A stretch of 63,919 nt of DNA, counting the filler, from Licmophora abbreviata (taxonomy: Eukaryota): assembly GCA_900291995.1 (NCBI GenBank). It is 14 parts of 14 records of this genome, joined end to end, with 100 filler letters (N's around TTAATTAATTAA, not from the genome) between each part and the next. Parts side by side here need not be neighbours in the genome. Positions count along the whole stretch, not along the records: positions 31,623 to 33,802 come from OLMU01000364.1; positions 33,903 to 38,054 come from OLMU01000365.1; positions 38,155 to 40,279 come from OLMU01000366.1; positions 40,380 to 41,723 come from OLMU01000367.1; 10 more parts are not named here. The stretch is one strand, 5' to 3'. A program made the position numbers and the translations under genes. Positions 31,731 to 40,758 of this stretch are shown in pieces; the stretch's first letter is position 1, and each line of letters begins with the position of its first letter. A model generated the notes under the pieces. That model made no database searches and had not been told where the DNA came from. It was given only the letters and a program-made list of their open reading frames with translations.

Positions 31731-33068
31731 ATGGTGGCTACTAGCGGCAAACATTCGAATGGCGACGCCAGCAAAGTGGGAAAGCCTCCCTCCAACGGCA
31801 TCACCATAAAGACAGTAATCTGTGGGGCGCTCGGGGCGGTAGTAGTCTACCACCTTTCGACCTTGTTCTACCTGTTCTACGAACTCACCAAAGCCGCTGC
31901 TGGTCCGTTTGGAAGTACATTGGTTGTAACGGACGAAATCAGTGCGAAATATCCCCTCCACTTTACTGTGGTCCAACAAATGGCAGTCCTCCCTTTCCCC
32001 AACATCGGGGCAAAAAAGTACTACGAAAGTCAACGCGAATTCTTCGCCGAAGCTGCCCGCAACTTTGAGGTGCATCCGTACTGGGTAGACCAGATGAAGG
32101 CGACACCAGATATGACCTTCCGAGAGGTCGTGACGGAGCGAATTCGCGCAATGCACCGTCAATTTGAAGAAAATGGTCGGATGGACTACAGACTAGAGAA
32201 GGACCGATGCGCTCAGTTTGACTTCTTACGCCGGAACAACATCCCTCACCCCAAGATTGAAAAGGTGTGGTTTTCTCGTGAGGAGCTTCTCGACGAAGTC
32301 GAATCGGGGGCTGCTGTGGAGATGATGCAGGACTGGCCTGTTTTCTTCAAGGCGTGTCACCTCACGCAGCGGTCGTCACTCGGAACCTTCCCCATGACTT
32401 CCCCCGAAAGTTTTCAGGAGCACAAGCAAGACCTCGTCAACTGGATCAACGACAAATGGGTCTACCGTTCGCGTGACGTTGACAGGCCATGGCAGAAAGA
32501 GGGCGATGCATTAACAGACGAGCTCACTCCCAGCTTTCTCATTCAAGAGCCAATGAAACAGTCTGGAGTCAACCCTCACACGTCGTTTCAACTTGATGGA
32601 AGAGTTGCTGTCGGTCTCGTGGAGATTAAGGTGGAAGTTATATGGGGACGGGTATACATCATGCAAATGGATGCCGTGTCGGTCTTCCTTCGCAATGGCG
32701 AAACTGAGGACTACGGCACTTTCATGGGTGGGGTTCTCCATCGACCTGGAAAGGTCAACGACCGTACGATATGGATCCGCGATGAGGGCTACCTTGACTG
32801 CGTTATTGAAACGGCCGAAAGGGTTGCCCATGCGGCCCACATTGAGTACATACGCGTGGATATCTTTCTCGATCGGGCGGATCCCACGGGATGCGTCGTG
32901 AATGAAGTGTCTCTCAGCAGCGGGTATGCGTACTACGGGCACGAGGAGTACATGGCAAAACTATGGGCTGGTCCTCTTCAAGACAAGTCCTACAAGCTTT
33001 TCAATTCCACCACACCAGTGTACGAACTCTCAACAGAAGGATTGGGCGAGTCGACGAGTGATAGCTAG
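31731..33068 (+). CDS. Type II membrane ATP-grasp protein (TupA-like)
   Basis: N-terminal TM; KDRCAQFDFLRRNNIPHP, PVFFKACH, FLIQEPM, EIKVEVIWGR, AERVA...YIRVDIFL..VVNEVSL follow the ATP-grasp motif order. Confidence 0.7.
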   Translation: MVATSGKHSNGDASKVGKPPSNGITIKTVICGALGAVVVYHLSTLFYLFYELTKAAAGPFGSTLVVTDEISAKYPLHFTVVQQMAVLPFPNIGAKKYYESQREFFAEAARNFEVHPYWVDQMKATPDMTFREVVTERIRAMHRQFEENGRMDYRLEKDRCAQFDFLRRNNIPHPKIEKVWFSREELLDEVESGAAVEMMQDWPVFFKACHLTQRSSLGTFPMTSPESFQEHKQDLVNWINDKWVYRSRDVDRPWQKEGDALTDELTPSFLIQEPMKQSGVNPHTSFQLDGRVAVGLVEIKVEVIWGRVYIMQMDAVSVFLRNGETEDYGTFMGGVLHRPGKVNDRTIWIRDEGYLDCVIETAERVAHAAHIEYIRVDIFLDRADPTGCVVNEVSLSSGYAYYGHEEYMAKLWAGPLQDKSYKLFNSTTPVYELSTEGLGESTSDS

Positions 33069-33445
33069 TCGAAAACTGTGCGTTTGTGTGGATGTGTAAC
33101 GTGTCGTCGGTCTCGATGATGGGGATTGCAGTCAAAGATAAAATAGATGTCGAATGCAGTGAGATTTCTCGTGCACGACCGACTGTATAGATGTGACAGC
33201 GCGAGACTATGGAGATACACCTCGTGTCTATCTTTCCGTCATGTAAGACACTATAACTTGCATCGAAACAACGCTCGGCATTAGTGCATCCCCCGGGTCC
33301 CGCGCACTTCAAGCGCGCAGGGGATGTCACGGCCACCCATTTTTTTGTGCGCCGAATGTTCGAAATGCAGCCATGGTCCCTCAGCTCACCACAACTCCCG
33401 CCAACAACACCACGTTGTATCGACTCTCCAACACTCTCCTCGACC

Positions 33446-34529
33446 ATGGGCAAGCAAAACAAGAGAAAATTAAAGGTTGCGGAAGAGCCTGCTGAAGAGG
33501 ATCTTCATCGTTTCGCGGGATCCAGTGACGAAGAGGAGAACGCGGACGATCCAGAGTCGAGTTCCGACGAGTCGAACGACCATCACGACGAGAAATCAAG
33601 TGAAGATCGACTGGTTCCAAGTAAGAGGAAGAATGAGGAAAGCGAATCAGAAGGCGACGAGTCGAGTGAGGAATCCGAGGATGATTCTACCGAGCCAGCC
33701 GCCGTGTCGGGCATGGCCGGGGCCATGACAAAGATTCTCGGTGTAGCCCCGAAAACTGGAACTGCTTCCGTGATTCTCTCCAAGACAATCACACCTTTGC
33801 AANNNNNNNNNNNNNNNNNNNNNNNNNNNNNNNNNNNNNNNNNNNNTTAATTAATTAANNNNNNNNNNNNNNNNNNNNNNNNNNNNNNNNNNNNNNNNNN
33901 NNATCACACCTTTGCAACGCATGGCCAAACAAGAAAAGGAAAAAGACAAGGCTCGACGTGAAAAGCGAAGAATGAACCGCGAACGGAACCTGGCATCACT
34001 TCATGTTCCACTTTCGGTGGCGACCTCGCGACCAAACTCGGAGGGCAACGCTTCGGGCAGTCTCGTCAGAGAACTGGAAATGGAACGCACGCATCGGAGA
34101 GTAGCCACTCGTGGTGTCGTTGCCTTGTTCAACGCCATTTCCCAACACCAGAAGAAATCAGAGGTGGACGCGGGTGTGTCGAAACAGAAGTCAAGGACTG
34201 ATGTCAAGCAACTGACGAAGCACGGATTCTTGGACATGATCAAATCTACTGCAGCGAAACGGACTCAGGCGGAAGAGGCTAGATCGGAGTACGATGAGTC
34301 TGGGAAGAGGAAGCCTCAAAATCACCCTGCATCATCGGCCACTTCGAGCTCAGTCAAACCGCAGTGGAGCGCACTAAAAGACGATTACATGCTCAACCCG
34401 AAACTCAAGGACTGGGACAAGGAGTCTTCTGACGACGACTCGAGGGATGACGTGCGCGACGAAGATTTGGACGGCGACGATGAATTGACGTCAAATCCGA
34501 AGAAGAAGCTACACATCGGTGTTCGTTAA
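33446..34529 (+). CDS. RRP15: Ribosome biogenesis protein RRP15, split by the spacer at 33803-33902
   Basis: GMAGAMTKIL..VILSK, ERTHRRVATRGVVALFNAI, FLDMIK, WSALKDDYM..KLKDWD. A 15-bp flank overlap merges the halves in frame. Confidence 0.92.
33803..33902. other. Artificial assembly spacer (flanks overlap by 15 bp)
   Basis: 33788-33802 = 33903-33917. Confidence 0.99.
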
Positions 34530-34576
34530 TGATAGATTTTTATAAACAAACGAGTGGAATAGCAGGGCCAAGGCAG

Positions 34577-37206
34577 CTAATATCCTCCCACAGATGTCGA
34601 GCCGCAGCTGCAGTTCCCGTTTTGATGGCACCACGAGTGCATCTGCGCAGCAAGGGGAAACCCCGCAATGTTCGAGTTCCGCGTCAGCTTGTATTGTCCT
34701 CGAGATTTGGTCACAAGAGGCGGGTCACCTTCCAACAGAGCCGTCATGGAGCTCCACCCGTCGTAATGGTACGGTCCTGTTTGTGTCGTACCACCGCAGA
34801 ATGGGTTCTTTGTTATCTTCAGACTCACAGCTTTGCAGTATAGTTCGTCCTTGGTCATACCATCTGTATTACCGGTTGTACTTTCATGCAGGTAGAGACC
34901 CACGAGCAGAGCAGTGCCACCGACATTATGCCGAGGTGGAACATACTGGTCCTTTGCTTTGCGAGCCAGCCAAATAGGGGGCGGGCGTGGACCTTTCAAT
35001 CGAGCAATCAATTTACTTCTATCCCGCTCTTTGATATACCAAGCTTCTCGCACTCTTGCACCAATTGACCTTTTGACCACCCTGCAAACTTACATGCTCC
35101 ATCTTCGGCCTTCCTTCGCTTGGTCACAGCGGTGAATTCTACGTCGCCATCATCATCACTATCACATAAAACAATCTCCTCCATCGCTGGGACCACTCTC
35201 TTCGACCCAGCGGCGGTAATGGCGACTGCGATGGCTCTCTTGCCATCCATAGCAGCTCTGGCTAGACGTGAGAAATCCACCTGACTGGGTATTCTTTCAA
35301 CTTCTCGCTTGAATTCAGCATAGGTGTATTGCGCTTTTAATGTGCCCGTTCTCATATCTGTCGCAACACGCTCAGTCCAGCGAGAGAGCTCAAACATGGT
35401 GTGCTTGCGGGACGGTGCCATGATGACCTCGAACCCCTCTGACTTTAAATCGTTGACGGCTTCTTCCAGTTGCGCACGAGTGACGTTGTACATATGTTGT
35501 CCCACATACCCGCCCGTCACAGTGTGCTTGTCAACATTTCCTTCTATGATGAATGCGATCCTACAGTTACCATAGCCAAAAACGTACTGGCCGCGATACA
35601 TGTTGTGTTTCTGCTGTGCCCATCTGCCGTCGTGGATACTCATGGCCACATCTTCTACAGACTTCCGTTCCACCAGAATGGGACAGAGGTAGTTTAAGTC
35701 GTTGCTCCCATCCATGCTGGTGAAGAACAAATAGTCACCAATCTTGAGCGTGCCGACAAAGTACGGAACCTTGGTCATTTCCAGGACATTGCACATGTCG
35801 TGCAAGGAACTCTGACCTCCACCGCCTTCTCGAAAGTCAACGCCAAGGCAGATGCCACGATACTTGTCGTCCACCCCCGAAACCGTTCGGATACGACTGC
35901 ATCGATAGTGACCATCGCCAACTGGAAGACTTCTTTTGCGAACCGCGAGCGCAGTTTCGTATCCCAGAGGTCGCAATTCAAAGAGGATCTCACCACGACG
36001 GGCGTGACGCTTGATACACGAGTCCGTGTCATGCACAGACAGACGGCGTTCCAGCATGGCAATCTGTAGGAATTCGGCCGACTTGGTCGCCGGGTCTTGG
36101 TAGTATGAGACACCATTGTCCGCGCAGTTGCGTCGCGTTAGACGGCCGGGGCTCTTGCGGAGTAGTAGATTATCAATGGCCGGGATGAGAGACTCGAGGG
36201 ACACCCAGAGCTCAGGCTTGGTGAAGTCGTTCGGAGCACCCTTTGCGATGCGGTCTTCAATCTCAGAGACCATTGTCACAAGACACGCTTCCGCAACCGA
36301 ATAGTACCTGTTGTGCAATACTGGAGTCTCGGCCGTCTCCCATTGAACCTCTTCCAACTGCTGTTTCAACTTGTCTCGACTACTCTGGTCGGCAGCACTC
36401 GCTCCACTTCCACCACCGACGCCACGGCTAAAGCAGTATTCCTCCAGCGACCGAATCGGGTAGGGCCATAAGGCAAGTCGAACCAACTTCTTGACAATGT
36501 GGTCCACTCTTCCTTGCTCGTACGACTTTTGCACTTGGCTCCGCGCCATCTTCCAAAAGGCCAAGATCAGTCGGGCTCGGATGTCAGGGTAAGTCTTGGA
36601 AGTCGTCAGTAGCGTTGGATAGAGGAAGCTAGCATCGTCTCTGGTAGCGCAAGGGGCCAACAAAGTAGTCGAGGATTGAGAGGCTGCTCCCTCACTACTA
36701 CCAACGAGTGCAAGGGGTACCACTGAAGTCGGCAGTGCACCGATTTCGTCGTCGTTGTCAGAAGGAACGCTCTTCTTCTTCTCCGTGGAAGAGAAGAACA
36801 TTGATCTATGAGTCATAAACAGTTCATCATCTGAGTCCATATCATCTTGAGAGGGCATGCGGGCTACAGACTCATCGGGACTGTTCTTCTTTGCATAGGG
36901 GTTCAAGACTGTCGGGCGAACGGAAGAAGTCTTTGTTTTCTTTGCATATGGGTTTTGAAGTTTCAGAGGCTGATAAGCAGACGGTGTCACCATATGGAAG
37001 TTTCCTGACTCGTTAAAATCATCATCATCTAAGATTTCAATCACATCGTCGTCGTCGTCGGATCCGACTGTGGACTGCGTGATGAACGAATATGGCTTCA
37101 ATTCGGAGTAGTGGACGACTTGGCTGCTGTTTTGAGCAGATAGAGTCCGGTTTTCGACTTGAGATTCGTCGTCCCCACTCTCGCAAAGATTAATAACGTC
37201 CGCCAT
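34577..37206 (-). CDS. MUS81: MUS81-like ERCC4 structure-specific endonuclease (WH-like, ERCC4, SAP, WH); frameshift at 35023-35025
   Basis: VDFRE, LKIGDYLF, ILVERKSVEDVAMSIHDGRWAQQK, IIEG. The SAP motif LVQECEKLGISKSG/DRSKLIARL is restored by adding one G. C-terminal YVPP..GGTALLVGL..MTKDEL..YDGWSSMTALL resembles the MUS81 winged helix. Confidence 0.75.
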
Positions 37207-38054
37207 GATGTGGAGAAGCAAACTTATGATCGAGAGTGTCGAGAAAAGCTCCTGCTACCAGGCACATGGAGCATGATGGTGATGATCCGGCGTGTTGAGT
37301 GTGTCAAAAGCTGGCGCGGGAATCATGCTTGATTTTTGAATTTCTGCCCAAAGTTCAGCAAAAGTGAACGAAACTACCTCATTTTTGCACAACTCAAAAT
37401 TCAGTAACGACGTTCCAAAGTTTCCGACATCATCACCATGACGGCGAAGCCGCAACGGAGGTGCGGGTTATGTGCATACCTACTCATGGAATTCGAGCGC
37501 CATTCCTGCAGGAGTGGCTCTACTATGCGCAGGCGACGCCATAGCTACCACATGAACATGTAAGTCGAAATGAAAGCGCTAAGCTCGAGTTACTACCGGA
37601 CTATGAATATGATACTTCCTTTGGTCTACGTCGCTCTAGCGTCTTGGGTCATATGTGAGCTGTTCCTACGTCGATTTCTCTTGGGATGAATGTGTCTTCA
37701 AAATTAGGATGGAGTGGCTTGTTTTGTTTTCTTCTTGACTAAGGATGATCTCTTGGTAGTTGGAATGGCCTGAAAACTAATAGTGGTGTAATGCGAGACA
37801 GCGCCTCCTCTCTCTATCGAAACGGACGAAAAATCTTCGAAAAAGAGAACTTATAGAACAAGGATTGAGTGGTGCTCCTTCCAAACATGAAGAGAACGCT
37901 TTCACGTTACGCTCAATCTTTGCAGGAGCATCAGGCTCAATCCTTCCCTGTAAGCCTTTCGAGGAAGCCACGAGTGTCGAATCGAAGAAGAGCGCTGCTT
38001 CTTGTCTCAAAAGACCCGCTCGATCTAAACTTCTGTCACTTCAGTTCCCTCGTC

Positions 38055-38154
38055 NNNNNNNNNNNNNNNNNNNNNNNNNNNNNNNNNNNNNNNNNNNNTT
38101 AATTAATTAANNNNNNNNNNNNNNNNNNNNNNNNNNNNNNNNNNNNNNNNNNNN
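38055..38154. other. Artificial assembly spacer
   Basis: N44-TTAATTAATTAA-N44. Confidence 0.99.
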
Positions 38155-38202
38155 CCGCATTTTTATTTGCTCCTGGGGCGTCTCGGATCTGGGTTCCTGG
38201 CC

Positions 38203-38541
38203 TTAGGGTTTGGCCAACTCAGATTGAAGCTGTTCAATCCTTGACCCGTTCTCTTTGAGATCTTCAAGGAGGGCGCGCGCTTCCTTGAGGTCATGGTTCT
38301 CCTCGATGAGCATATCATTCTCCACCTTGAGCGATTCGGTCACCTCGAGGAGGCGTTCGACTTCGTGGTTGATCGAATTGTTGGGAAGATCACTCACGAT
38401 GTCGGTGAACTCTTCGTCCGTTTCGATATCGAAATCAAGGTGGACGTCGAATCCGTGATCTGCGCCTTTACCAAGGCCGACATGTTCGACAACCATAGCG
38501 TCCATGATGCTGCCAATGGACATGTCATGGATCATTAGCAA
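38203..38541 (-). CDS. Acidic coiled-coil ORF fragment, function unknown (possibly degenerate)
   Basis: Heptad-like EVERLLEVTESLKVENDMLIEENHDLKE; no clean start or exon structure found. Confidence 0.3.
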   Translation of the reverse strand: MLMIHDMSIGSIMDAMVVEHVGLGKGADHGFDVHLDFDIETDEEFTDIVSDLPNNSINHEVERLLEVTESLKVENDMLIEENHDLKEARALLEDLKENGSRIEQLQSELAKP

Positions 38542-38878
38542 CTTCCAGGCTTCAAGGGCTTCTGCTGGCTCAGATTTTGAAAGTTACGAGATGTTGATTT
38601 TTTTTCTCTGGAATAGCGGGGCAGGCGATTGAGAGTTTCAGGAGAAGCACATACCAGGCTGATGTGCGTTTCCACTTGAACGGAACGCTTGGCGGGCCGC
38701 ACCCGCCCGTCTTCAACTGATGTTGCGCAACTTGACTACGGCACTTTTCAACTGACTTCGTTGGGTGCAGTGAGTGTGAGTGATCGCATATGCCGATACC
38801 GCCGGTAGGAACTGTACAATCCACAAGGCTGGATCGTGACTGTTGCCTTCATTGGCGGTCTACGCCGACGTACGAAGC

Positions 38879-40165
38879 ATGTCAGGGCACTCGCCGGGTG
38901 GAAACGAGGCGGAAGACGACTATTCAGACGATAAACCCCCTCTTAGTCTCGGCGTCGACGCTGCAAGTCACCCTGACACTGTGGATGACACACCAAGTCC
39001 CTCGCGCCCCGGTCAAGATTTCAATTCGCCTCTTCTGAGAGGGCTTGCATCGGATTTTGGGTTGGCTTCGACAGCTGCACTGCTGCTCCCTACAGAGTTC
39101 ACATTGGAACCTGGCTTTGAGTTGCCGGCGGCTTCCCGTCCATCGACTCCACTGGATGACATAACTGCGTTTCTTGACGGCCTTATCAGTGATGACGATA
39201 CGAAGCCGAGTGCTACCGACGCTGCGGGTATGCAATCAGCTACTACTACATCGCCGCCGAATTCAATGACCAATCTCTTGAGTGAGGCGCAGCACCATGG
39301 TCCCATGCTCCAAGAGCAAGAGGTAACGCACATGCCGTCTCATTCCGGAAAGCTGCTCCTCATACAACCGCGTCCGACAGAAACGACGGCTCAAGCTTCT
39401 GTCCCCGGTAGCGATGACGTGCTTACGCAGAAGAAACCACCTGACAAGCAAACAGGGACTTCGCGCGGAAGCTACAAGTGCAAAATGTGTGGGAGATGGA
39501 AGAAAGATCATCCAGGAGGTGTCTGCCCGAAAAGTGTCATTCTCGACAAAAGTACACTAACTGTTTCGACGAAGGAGCTGGGAAAAGTCGACAAAGATAT
39601 TAAGGTGGATATGAGGAATGCGCAACGCTTAGTTACTGTGAGCGAGAAGGAATGGCAAGGGATAGGCGATGCATCAGGCGCCGATCAACACATTGAAGGT
39701 TCAAACTTTTCGGAAAGAGTAATAACGGTGGGCTCAAGCGCGTGGCTGAGTGGGGGCGATCCATCCGCATCCCATTATGGCAATATCCTCCTCTGCTCGC
39801 TTCTCCTCCCCATAGCACGACCTCTGTTGTCCACGACTCGTTGAATAACGAGGCACAGATGCAGCGGAGAGAAGATTTTAGGCAGGTATGGGACGCAACG
39901 TCAAACGAGAACACCGCAATCAATGACGCAGGTACGCTTATGTTGACAAATCAGTCACATCGGCTCTGGAACATCAACAGTGTGGGGAACGAGCAACAGA
40001 TGGTGAGGGCAGATTGGACTGGTCCCCGGTGTCCACGACGTGCTAGATTGATTGTGACTCAATGAGAATGTGCTACCACCATTTGTCTCACAGGAAACTT
40101 CAAACTTCGTGGATTTCAATACCATCATCGAAAGCGATGATGATATTGAGATATACGAAGCTTAA
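38879..40165 (+). CDS. Low-complexity protein with a CxxC-x6-H-x4-C zinc-knuckle-like motif; 3' exon structure uncertain
   Basis: GSYKCKMCGRWKKDHPGGVC. The main ORF stops at 39844; GT/AG sites suggest further exons ending ...DDDIEIYEA* at 40165. Confidence 0.45.
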
Positions 40166-40200
40166 ACCAAATCTGTCAGAAATATATGCATAAACAATCC

Positions 40201-40477
40201 AGAATACAGAGCTAGCAAGGACGGAAGTCGCGAGAAGTCGTGCACACGTTGGCGTTTTCATAGCGATGAAAACGTCAGCNNNNNNNNNNNNNNNNNNNNN
40301 NNNNNNNNNNNNNNNNNNNNNNNTTAATTAATTAANNNNNNNNNNNNNNNNNNNNNNNNNNNNNNNNNNNNNNNNNNNNACACGTTGGCGTTTTCATAGC
40401 GATGAAAACGTCAGCGATGAAAACGCCAACGTGTGCACGACTTCTCGCGACTTCCGTCCTTGCTAGCTCTGTATTCT
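40201..40477. repeat. Perfect 61-bp inverted repeat (arms 40201-40261 and 40417-40477) spanning a spacer
   Basis: AGAATACAGAGCTAGCAAGGACGGAAGTCGCGAGAAGTCGTGCACACGTTGGCGTTTTCAT and its exact reverse complement; 19-nt loop after merging the 36-bp flank overlap. Confidence 0.92.
40280..40379. other. Artificial assembly spacer (flanks overlap by 36 bp)
   Basis: 40244-40279 = 40380-40415. Confidence 0.99.
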
Positions 40478-40758
40478 CGATCGTTTATGATACTGCAAGT
40501 TCGTGCACGCCCGCGAGATGTATGAGGAGTCTTCTGGTACCGGTATCACGCCAGGACCATGTCTGAAAACTCATTCCGTCTCGAAACTTATCTCATGTCC
40601 TCACGCAATATTAAGATAGAAAAATAGGCGGCATCCATTCCGTGGTATCAGGTGAGTGGGCTGATCGACGTGGCCCTTACTATTAGTGCTCACGCGGGCT
40701 AGCAATCGGAGCCGGAGAGCGTTTGCGTGATAGGGCATACTAATTAGTGCACTATAAC

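Noticed and set aside
34486..34493. Third TGACGTCA site
   Set aside because: It lies inside the RRP15 coding sequence, with no reason to treat it as regulatory.
38155..40477. Calling this segment a transposon
   Set aside because: No transposase, RT or integrase motif and no paired termini or target-site duplication visible; kept only as an orphan island plus hairpin.
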